The notes under the pieces were generated by a model. That model was not told where the DNA came from and ran no database searches. It saw only the letters and a list, made by a program, of their open reading frames with translations. This document shows, piece after piece, positions 29,868-36,867 of a stretch of 64,000 nucleotides of DNA (position 1 is the first letter of the stretch; the number at the start of each line of letters is the position of its first letter). This DNA comes from a bacterium (GTDB lineage: Bacteria; Bacillota_I; Bacilli_A; RF39; UBA660), in assembly GCA_029100545.1 (NCBI GenBank), contig JAQXPH010000031.1, positions 6,267 to 70,266 of the forward strand, read 5' to 3'. The position numbers were made by a program, and so were the translations under genes.

Positions 29868-31556
29868 ATGAAATTAAAAGATATAATAATAAAAAATAAA
29901 TATAAATTATTAACAATTATAGGTGTTTTATTAACTTTTTCAATATTACTTGCAATATCTTATGCTTTTTTTGGAAGGGTTATAGAAAATACAAATACTA
30001 ATGCAATATCTGAAATAAATACATCTTATTATTCATTTACTGCAACAGGTGATATCAATATATCACTTACTTTAAATGAAGAATTATTAGGAGTTGAAAG
30101 TGCAAATAATACAGTTCCTGCGTTTACATCAAATGGTGGTAATTTAAATTTAAATTTAACTACTTTAGATAGTGCAAAAGATATTTCTTGTACTTATGAT
30201 ATTGTTTATGAACCAGTTGATGCTATAAATTCCTCAAACAATATAAATGAATTTACAATAGCAGGTGAGTCAACATCTGGTTTATCTTTTAATGAAACTA
30301 ATGTAGTAGGATCAAATCCAGTTATTCTTATATCTAATGCTTTAATTAAGACAAATGCATCTTCTTCACTTACAACATTAGATTCTTGGAATTTTACAAT
30401 TAATTTTTATAATTTAAATGCTATTCAAGATTATATTGTTGGTACAAATATAAGTGGTAATATTAAACTTGAAAATATTAATTGTGGATTCAATAGTAAT
30501 ATAGAGTATGGCTATGAAACTATTCTTACCCAAAATGGAGGAAAAACTGCAATAGAATCAAAAGGTACACCTAACTTTTTAACATATGAAAAAGGAGTAG
30601 TAGGAATGTATGCAGCAGAAGATGACCTTGGAACTTCTTATTACTTTAGAGGAAAAGTTAATAATAACTGGGTAAAATTTGGAAAATATATAAGTGATAT
30701 GTATTATAATTCAAGTGATAAGACATTATATAATGCATGCCCAGCTGGTGGGTCATGTACAAAGATAGCTTCCTCTGGGAATGAAATGTACTGGCGAATA
30801 ATAAGAATAAATGGTGATAATTCTATAAGAATGATTTATTCGGGAGTAACACCGCCATTAGAAACAAAACAATTTGTTATGGAAGATAACAATTATTCAA
30901 TAACAATTGGTTCGACTCCATTTAATACAAGCGGTGATAAATCAGAATATGCGGGATATATGTATACTTTAGGACAGCAACATGGAACAAGTACAGATAG
31001 TACAATAAAAACATATTTAGATAATTGGTATACATTTACAAATCTATCAACATATTATGCAAAAGATTTAATAGCAGATCAAATATATTGTAATGATAGG
31101 AATACATCAAGTACATGGGAATCAACACCCGCTGATATAATGGCTTATTCGTCTGGAGAAAGACTAAGCAATGGAACACCAAGTTTAAAATGTTCAATTA
31201 AAGAAGATAGATTTACGGTAAATGATGTAGTTAATGGCAATGGGAAATTAACCAATCCTGTAGGTTTAATAACGATTGATGAGTTGTTATATGCAGGTAC
31301 TAACCAAGAAAACGCAAATAGTGCATGTTATTTATATACCGGATCAAATTATTGGTCTGGTTCACCATTTGGATTTGTAAAAAGTTATGCTTTTACAAAT
31401 ATTATCAAAGAAGATGGAACTTTAAACGTCGATAGTGTTGAACAGAATATTGGAGTTCGCACAGTAATTTCTCTATCATCTAATGTTAAGTTATATGGTT
31501 CAGGGTTATATAGTAATCCATATGTTATTGAAAATCCAAATTTAGATGTCCAGTAG
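29868..31556 (+). CDS. non-diversified paralogue of the DGR-target family, a secreted or surface protein
   Basis: The signal-anchor segment ends in ISYAFFG. Family motifs are GTSYYFRG, YWRIIRINGDNSIRMIY, YCNDR, PVGLITIDELLYAG, NYWSGSP and GVRTVISL...GSGLYSNPYVI. The region equivalent to the VR is AT-rich. The ORF is open from TTG 29808. Confidence 0.8.
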   Translation: MKLKDIIIKNKYKLLTIIGVLLTFSILLAISYAFFGRVIENTNTNAISEINTSYYSFTATGDINISLTLNEELLGVESANNTVPAFTSNGGNLNLNLTTLDSAKDISCTYDIVYEPVDAINSSNNINEFTIAGESTSGLSFNETNVVGSNPVILISNALIKTNASSSLTTLDSWNFTINFYNLNAIQDYIVGTNISGNIKLENINCGFNSNIEYGYETILTQNGGKTAIESKGTPNFLTYEKGVVGMYAAEDDLGTSYYFRGKVNNNWVKFGKYISDMYYNSSDKTLYNACPAGGSCTKIASSGNEMYWRIIRINGDNSIRMIYSGVTPPLETKQFVMEDNNYSITIGSTPFNTSGDKSEYAGYMYTLGQQHGTSTDSTIKTYLDNWYTFTNLSTYYAKDLIADQIYCNDRNTSSTWESTPADIMAYSSGERLSNGTPSLKCSIKEDRFTVNDVVNGNGKLTNPVGLITIDELLYAGTNQENANSACYLYTGSNYWSGSPFGFVKSYAFTNIIKEDGTLNVDSVEQNIGVRTVISLSSNVKLYGSGLYSNPYVIENPNLDVQ

Positions 31557-31566
31557 AAAGGAATAT

Positions 31567-33732
31567 ATGAAAAATAGAAATATAATATTAAGTGTTATTG
31601 TTTTATTACTTATACTTTGTACAGGTATATCTGTTTCATATGCCTTTTTTAAAATATCTAAAAGTACTCAAGATCCAAATATTACAGTAAATATTGATAA
31701 TGTTCCAGCATGTGTTTCTCTTCAGATGACTAATACTAATATTGTTTCAATTACAAATGAATATGCAGTTCCTATAACAGATGCTAAAGCATTATCTTCC
31801 GATGTATATAAAACTTCTTTTGATGTTATTAATAATTGTGACTCTTCAAAAGATTTAACTATATTACTTGCTCCTACTAATAGTTCTACTATGCCAGTAA
31901 GTGCATTAAAATATGCTTTAGTAGAGCAAAGTGAAGTGCCTTCAAGCGGAACATTAATTTCAGATAAATTAGGTTTAAATAATGGGACAAAACTTGAACT
32001 TAAACAAAAATATAATCAAGATATATCAATAGGTTATAGTGTAGGTAATAAGACAGTACCCGCTAAAACGACTAAAAGTTATAATTTATATTTATGGATA
32101 GATGAAAATGAAGGTGGTCTTGGACAAAATATTACTATGAATAAGTTATTTGAAGGATATATTGTACTTGGTTCAGGTTCGTTAGGAACTCCGCCTACGC
32201 CACTATATGATACTATTCAAGCAAAATATAATGAAGGAAATACATTTGTAAAACTTTATGATGGAGAAGGATCAGATACTTATACAAACTCAGTATACTA
32301 TTATAATGGTGCTGTTGAAGATAATAATGTTTTATTTGCAAACTTTTGCTGGAAAATGGTTAGAACTACCGATACTGGAGGCGTTAAATTAATTTATAAT
32401 GGAACGCCAAAAACTATTTATGAATCTGTTAATCCATTAGAAGAATCACAATATCTAAATCTATCAAATGATGCAAACTATCCATATACATTTGATAGCA
32501 CTAATAAAACATGGACAAGTACAAATAAAACTAATAGTGCAACAGGTACAATAACATTTACTGTAGCAGAAGCAGGAGATTATATACTATCATATACTGT
32601 TTCTTCTGAAAAAAATTATGATAAAGCAATATTTTATAAAGATGGTACAAAGCTTGGCACTTACAGTGGTTCTGTAAGTGGAACAATTAATCTAGATGGT
32701 CTTACAACTTCAAATGTAATAAAAGTTGAATATACAAAAGATTCATCAGCAGCAAGTGGAAGTGATAATGTAGTCTTTAGTTTAGGTAAACCCTCTGGTA
32801 ATTCATATTTAACATGCAATAACACGGGAACTGATTCTCAAATAGGTACAAGTAAGTTTAATAGTAGTTATACTTCTCCTGCATATGTAGGTTATATGTA
32901 TAATACAGTGTATACGTATTCATCTAAATCAATGTCATCATTATCTAATATAGTATTTGGTAATTCATTTACATATTCAGGAGGAACGTATACACTCACT
33001 GATACAATGACAGTAGCAACATGGTCAAGTGGTTATAATACAATAAATAATAATCATTATACGTGTTTTACTACAGGTACTACCTGCCCATCTTTATATT
33101 ATGTATATTATACTAATTCTTCAACTGCATATTATATAACACTTACGGGTGGTAAATCTGTGGGTGATGCCTTAAATGAAATGCTATTTGCTGATGATGT
33201 AAATAAAACTGATTCTGCTATAAAAACATATATAGAAACTTGGTATGAAAATAATATGACAGCATATACATCATATCTAGAAGATACAACTTATTGCAAT
33301 GATCGAAGTATATTAAATTTAAATAGCTGGAATCCAAATGGAGGAGATGTAAGAAGTTATTTACAATTTAAAAATTATAATACAAATTATAGTTTAGTAT
33401 GTGGTAGTGTTACAGACCAGTTTAGAGTAGGAAATACAAAAGCACCACTAAAATATCCAGTAGGTTTACTTACAGCGCCAGAAGTATGGCTAGCTTATAA
33501 AGACGCAAGTTATAGTACATATTATTTAAATACAGGAAATCTTTATTGGCTTGGGTCCCCTTACGACTTCGACTACTATAGTGCAGTCGGGCGTAGCGTC
33601 GATAGTTCGGGTCTCATGAGCAACTACTACGTGAACGACTCTGGCGGGGCCCGGCTGGCCGTTTCCTTAAAACCTGGCACCGAGTATATTTCAGGAGATG
33701 GGACATATACTTCGCCATTTTTGATAGAATAA
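31567..33732 (+). CDS. DGR variable (target) protein, cassette-proximal, with VR1 at the C-terminus
   Basis: The ATG follows an AAAGGA RBS; an in-frame ATG at 31546 is an alternative start. The signal anchor ends in VSYAFF. The family motifs are present. The C-terminal GC-rich segment 33544-33667 matches the TR. Confidence 0.9.
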   Translation: MKNRNIILSVIVLLLILCTGISVSYAFFKISKSTQDPNITVNIDNVPACVSLQMTNTNIVSITNEYAVPITDAKALSSDVYKTSFDVINNCDSSKDLTILLAPTNSSTMPVSALKYALVEQSEVPSSGTLISDKLGLNNGTKLELKQKYNQDISIGYSVGNKTVPAKTTKSYNLYLWIDENEGGLGQNITMNKLFEGYIVLGSGSLGTPPTPLYDTIQAKYNEGNTFVKLYDGEGSDTYTNSVYYYNGAVEDNNVLFANFCWKMVRTTDTGGVKLIYNGTPKTIYESVNPLEESQYLNLSNDANYPYTFDSTNKTWTSTNKTNSATGTITFTVAEAGDYILSYTVSSEKNYDKAIFYKDGTKLGTYSGSVSGTINLDGLTTSNVIKVEYTKDSSAASGSDNVVFSLGKPSGNSYLTCNNTGTDSQIGTSKFNSSYTSPAYVGYMYNTVYTYSSKSMSSLSNIVFGNSFTYSGGTYTLTDTMTVATWSSGYNTINNNHYTCFTTGTTCPSLYYVYYTNSSTAYYITLTGGKSVGDALNEMLFADDVNKTDSAIKTYIETWYENNMTAYTSYLEDTTYCNDRSILNLNSWNPNGGDVRSYLQFKNYNTNYSLVCGSVTDQFRVGNTKAPLKYPVGLLTAPEVWLAYKDASYSTYYLNTGNLYWLGSPYDFDYYSAVGRSVDSSGLMSNYYVNDSGGARLAVSLKPGTEYISGDGTYTSPFLIE
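33544..33667 (+). repeat. DGR variable repeat VR1
   Basis: It is 124 nt and colinear with the TR. About 19 of about 21 mismatches sit at TR adenines, and 14 of the 16 TR AAY codons are altered. It encodes YWLGSPYDFDYYSAVGRSVDSSGLMSNYYVNDSGGARLAVS. Confidence 0.9.
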
Positions 33733-33773
33733 CGCAGTAATAAGTAGGGTGCCAACACTTTACACTAGAAAGT

Positions 33774-33797
33774 CCTCGCGAAAACCCTTTCGCGAGG
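33774..33797 (+). promoter_or_regulatory. GC-rich hairpin in the 3' flank of target gene 1 (cctcgcga(aa)-accc-(tt)tcgcgagg)
   Basis: It is an 8-10 bp GC-rich inverted repeat with a 4-nt loop, about 105 nt downstream of the VR1 end. It is the same as the element at 4020-4043. Confidence 0.7.
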
Positions 33798-33895
33798 CGC
33801 CGAAGTAAAAAAATAACGCTAAGATAAATAAGAGGGAAAAATATTGGGTTAAACATAAAGTTTAATCTAGGATTATGTCGTAATAAAAGTATAGC

Positions 33896-34019
33896 TTTTG
33901 GCTTGGGTCCCCTAACAACTTCAACAACAATAATGCTAACGGGCGTAACGTCAATAGTTCGGGTAACATGAGCAACAACAACGTGAACAACTCTAACGGG
34001 GCCCGGCTGACCATTTTCT
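33896..34019 (+). repeat. DGR template repeat (TR)
   Basis: It is intergenic and GC-rich relative to its surroundings. In the VR frame it reads FWLGSPNNFNNNNANGRNVNSSGNMSNNNVNNSNGARLTIF*, with 16 AAC/AAT codons. Its 3' end (ccattttc) differs from both VRs (ccgtttcc), as expected for IMH* versus IMH. Confidence 0.9.
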
Positions 34020-34193
34020 AATAATAATTTAATCTTTGCTAAATTTATAATATTTAATATTATGGTGAAATTTAGCATTTCATAATTGGAAACAGATATA
34101 ATTCTATGAACTTATGTTCTAAAAATATATGTAGTGTAGGCTATGCTAGTTATTTAATAATTAGCATAGCAATTTATTACTAAAGGATAAAGG

Positions 34194-34550
34194 ATGAATA
34201 GTAATAATGATTTTATTTTATTAAAAAGAGTTAATATATTTAATGATTATATTAATCAGTATGTTGTTTCATTAATACCAAGTGTTCATCGAGATATTAA
34301 AATACATTTGCTTGATGAAAGTTATAATTTACTTAAAAATTTATATGAAGCAATATATAATAAAGGCAATATTAGAAATAAATATATAATAGAACTACTT
34401 GTTTGTATTTCACTTATAGATGGTTTATTAGGTAGTATTATGAAATATAATAAAAATAAACATATTATTAAAGCTATTAATTTATTAACTGATATAAAAA
34501 ATATGACTTATGCATGGAAGGCAAATATTAGTGAAAAAGAAGATAAATAA
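34194..34550 (+). CDS. avd: Avd-like accessory variability determinant (four-helix-bundle protein)
   Basis: The protein is 118 aa, basic and predicted all-helical. Its pattern (...LIPSVHRDIKIHLLDES..LLKNLYEA ... ELLVCISLIDGLL ... LLTDIKNMTYAWK) resembles the four-helix-bundle family found next to DGR RTs. It lies immediately upstream of the RT and overlaps it. Confidence 0.75.
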   Translation: MNSNNDFILLKRVNIFNDYINQYVVSLIPSVHRDIKIHLLDESYNLLKNLYEAIYNKGNIRNKYIIELLVCISLIDGLLGSIMKYNKNKHIIKAINLLTDIKNMTYAWKANISEKEDK

Positions 34551-35997
34551 TATATATTATAAATATTTAACATTTGATAATTTATTAAATTGCTATAATA
34601 TTGTAAAAAAAACTTGTAAGAATAAAAAAGCAATTAATAGATTTGAAATGAATAAATATACTAATATTTATAATATATATAAATCTTTATATAATAAAAC
34701 TTATAAACCATATAAATATACATTATTTATGATATTTGAACCAAAACCAAGACTTGTTATGAGTCAAACTATATCTGATAAAATAGTAAATCATTTTGTA
34801 AGTAAATATTATTTAATACCTTTTTTATCTAATAAATTAATTTATAGTAATGTAGCAACTAGAATAAATAAAGGAACTAAACTTGCAAATAAATTAGTGA
34901 TTAAATATATAAATAATATAAGAATGAATAATAAATTTGAAAATATATATACTTTAAAAATTGATATAAGTAAATATTTTTATAATATTAATCATAAAAT
35001 ATTAATTAATTTATTAAAAAATGATTTTTTAGATAATGATGTAATTAATTTAATTAAAATTATACTTAATGAAACAAATAGTAATTATATAAATGAAAAA
35101 ATTAAAATATATAATCAAAAATATAAATGTGATATACCATTATATAAAAAAGATATTGGTTTAAGTATTGGAGCAATGTCAAGCCAGTTTCTTGCAATTT
35201 ATTATTTAAATAAATTAGATCACTATATAAAAGAAATACTTAATTGTAAATATTATATTAGATATATGGATGATTTTATTATACTAAGTAATAATAAAAA
35301 TTATTTAAAATATGTTTTTAAAAAAATAGAAAAACAAATTAATTATTTTGATTTAAAAGTTAATCCTAAAAGTAATATATATAATTTAAAATATGGAATA
35401 AATTTTTTAGAATATAGATATAAAATAATTAATAATAAGTTTTATATATTATATAAAAAAGGAAATATAAAAAGAATTAATAATAAATTAAAATTTTTAA
35501 AGAAATATGATTTATTAAAATATTATAAATCAAAAGCAAGTTATAATGGATATTTAAAAATAAGTGAAAAGGAATTTAAAATGAAAAGTATTGAAAAATA
35601 TGATTATTATAAAAATAATAATAAAAATGTAATAATATTTATAAAAGAGGGAGTTTTTTATAAAACCTATAATAATGATGCAATTATTATGTGGAATTTA
35701 TTTAAATATAAAATAAATAATAATAATTTATCATTTAGTATAAATACAAAAGATAAAGTTTTTAATTATTTAAATGAATTAAATATAGGTTATTTAGTTA
35801 TAGGTAATGATAATATTTATGTAAAAGGAAATGATGAAGTTTATAATTTATATAATAAGTTATCTAATATTTATTATGATAAATATAATAAAATAAGTAA
35901 GTTAAATGAATTAGTTGATAATTTATTAAATAAAGATATAAATAATTATGAAATTATATTAAATTTTTTAAATAAATTAAAAAAGGAAGTATTATGA
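34510..35997 (+). CDS. DGR-type reverse transcriptase with a C-terminal MutS-domain-I-like extension
   Basis: RT motifs are FEPKPRLVMSQTISDKIV, ATRINKGTKLA and KIDISKYFYNINH. The DGR-hallmark motif 4 is IGAMSSQ and the catalytic box is YIRYMDDFIIL. The start may be GTG 34531 rather than ATG 34510. The C-terminal ~140 aa lie beyond the RT core. Confidence 0.9.
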   Translation: MHGRQILVKKKINNIYYKYLTFDNLLNCYNIVKKTCKNKKAINRFEMNKYTNIYNIYKSLYNKTYKPYKYTLFMIFEPKPRLVMSQTISDKIVNHFVSKYYLIPFLSNKLIYSNVATRINKGTKLANKLVIKYINNIRMNNKFENIYTLKIDISKYFYNINHKILINLLKNDFLDNDVINLIKIILNETNSNYINEKIKIYNQKYKCDIPLYKKDIGLSIGAMSSQFLAIYYLNKLDHYIKEILNCKYYIRYMDDFIILSNNKNYLKYVFKKIEKQINYFDLKVNPKSNIYNLKYGINFLEYRYKIINNKFYILYKKGNIKRINNKLKFLKKYDLLKYYKSKASYNGYLKISEKEFKMKSIEKYDYYKNNNKNVIIFIKEGVFYKTYNNDAIIMWNLFKYKINNNNLSFSINTKDKVFNYLNELNIGYLVIGNDNIYVKGNDEVYNLYNKLSNIYYDKYNKISKLNELVDNLLNKDINNYEIILNFLNKLKKEVL

Positions 35998-36857
35998 AAG
36001 AAATTAATAATTTTGAAGAATATCTTAAATATGAACTTAATTATTCAGATTATACTATTAAAGAATATATTTTACATGTAAAAGATTTTTTAAAATATTT
36101 AGAAAATAATAAAATAAATTATTTAAATATTAATAAAGAAGATATTATAAAATATTTAAAATATTTAGATAATGAAAAATTATCAAATAGAAGTATTGGA
36201 ACAATACTTTCTAGTTTAAGATGTTTTTATAATTATTTACTTGATAATGGTTTTGTTAAAGTAAATATATTTAAACTTATTAGTAATCCTAAAATGGATA
36301 AAAAACTACCTAATTTTTTATCATATGAAGACTTGCAAAAAATACTTGATAGTATTACAGATAAAGATGTTTTATCTTTAAGAAATAAAATGATTATAGA
36401 ACTTTTATATGCCACTGGAATAAGAGTTAGTGAACTAATTAATATTAAAATAAGTGATATTGATTTTAATAATAAAACTATTAAAGTAATGGGTAAAGGT
36501 AAAAAAGAAAGAATTGTCTTTTTTGGAGATTATGCTTTAGATGCAATAAATATTTATTTAAAAAATAATCCTTATAATAATGAGTATTTAGTTTTAAATA
36601 GTAAAGGAGAAAAAATTACTGTTAGGGGAGTAGAACTTATTATTGAAAAAATAAGTAAAATGGCATGTATTAATAATAATGCTCATCCTCATACATTTCG
36701 TCATACTTTTGCTACTCATATGCTTAATAATGGTTGCCCACTTAAAAGTGTTCAAGAATATTTAGGCCATAGTTCATTATCTTCTACTGAAGTATATACT
36801 CATATAACTAATGATTATATTAAAGAAGAATATTTAAAAAATATACCTAGAAAATAG
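35994..36857 (+). CDS. tyrosine site-specific recombinase, XerC/XerD-like
   Basis: The ATGA start/stop overlaps the RT. The N-terminal core-binding domain is followed by catalytic residues in ATGIRVSEL, GKGKKER, HPHTFRHTFATHML and LGHSSLSSTEVYTH. Confidence 0.85.
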   Translation: MKEINNFEEYLKYELNYSDYTIKEYILHVKDFLKYLENNKINYLNINKEDIIKYLKYLDNEKLSNRSIGTILSSLRCFYNYLLDNGFVKVNIFKLISNPKMDKKLPNFLSYEDLQKILDSITDKDVLSLRNKMIIELLYATGIRVSELINIKISDIDFNNKTIKVMGKGKKERIVFFGDYALDAINIYLKNNPYNNEYLVLNSKGEKITVRGVELIIEKISKMACINNNAHPHTFRHTFATHMLNNGCPLKSVQEYLGHSSLSSTEVYTHITNDYIKEEYLKNIPRK

Positions 36858-36867
36858 TTTTTTAAAA

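Larger units (their letters stand above)
32224..33823 (+). repeat. ~1.6 kb dispersed direct repeat, copy 2
   Basis: It is near-identical to 2460-4068. Confidence 0.85.
31567..35997 (+). mobile_element. diversity-generating retroelement (target gene with VR1, TR, avd, RT)
   Basis: All canonical DGR parts are present, co-oriented and contiguous. See the individual features. Confidence 0.9.

Noticed and set aside
33774-33797. The GC-rich hairpins after the target genes as ordinary rho-independent terminators
   Set aside because: Neither copy is followed by a T-run. At the remote locus a conventional AT-rich terminator follows separately at 4087-4119. They are therefore reported as a candidate DGR cis element instead.
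33614-34078. 154-aa minus-strand ORF covering the VR1 3' end, the hairpin and the whole TR
   Set aside because: It is an artefact of the locally GC-rich, stop-poor sequence of the TR/VR. It lies antisense to a well-supported gene end and has no RBS. Its peptide is low-complexity and mirrors the AAC repeats (VVV/VHV runs).
34510-35997. Retron or group II intron interpretation of the RT
   Set aside because: There is no flanking msr/msd-like inverted repeat structure and there are no intron RNA domains. No maturase or endonuclease domains are present. The IGxxxSQ motif, the adjacent Avd-like gene and the TR/VR pairs with adenine-specific mismatches all point to a DGR.
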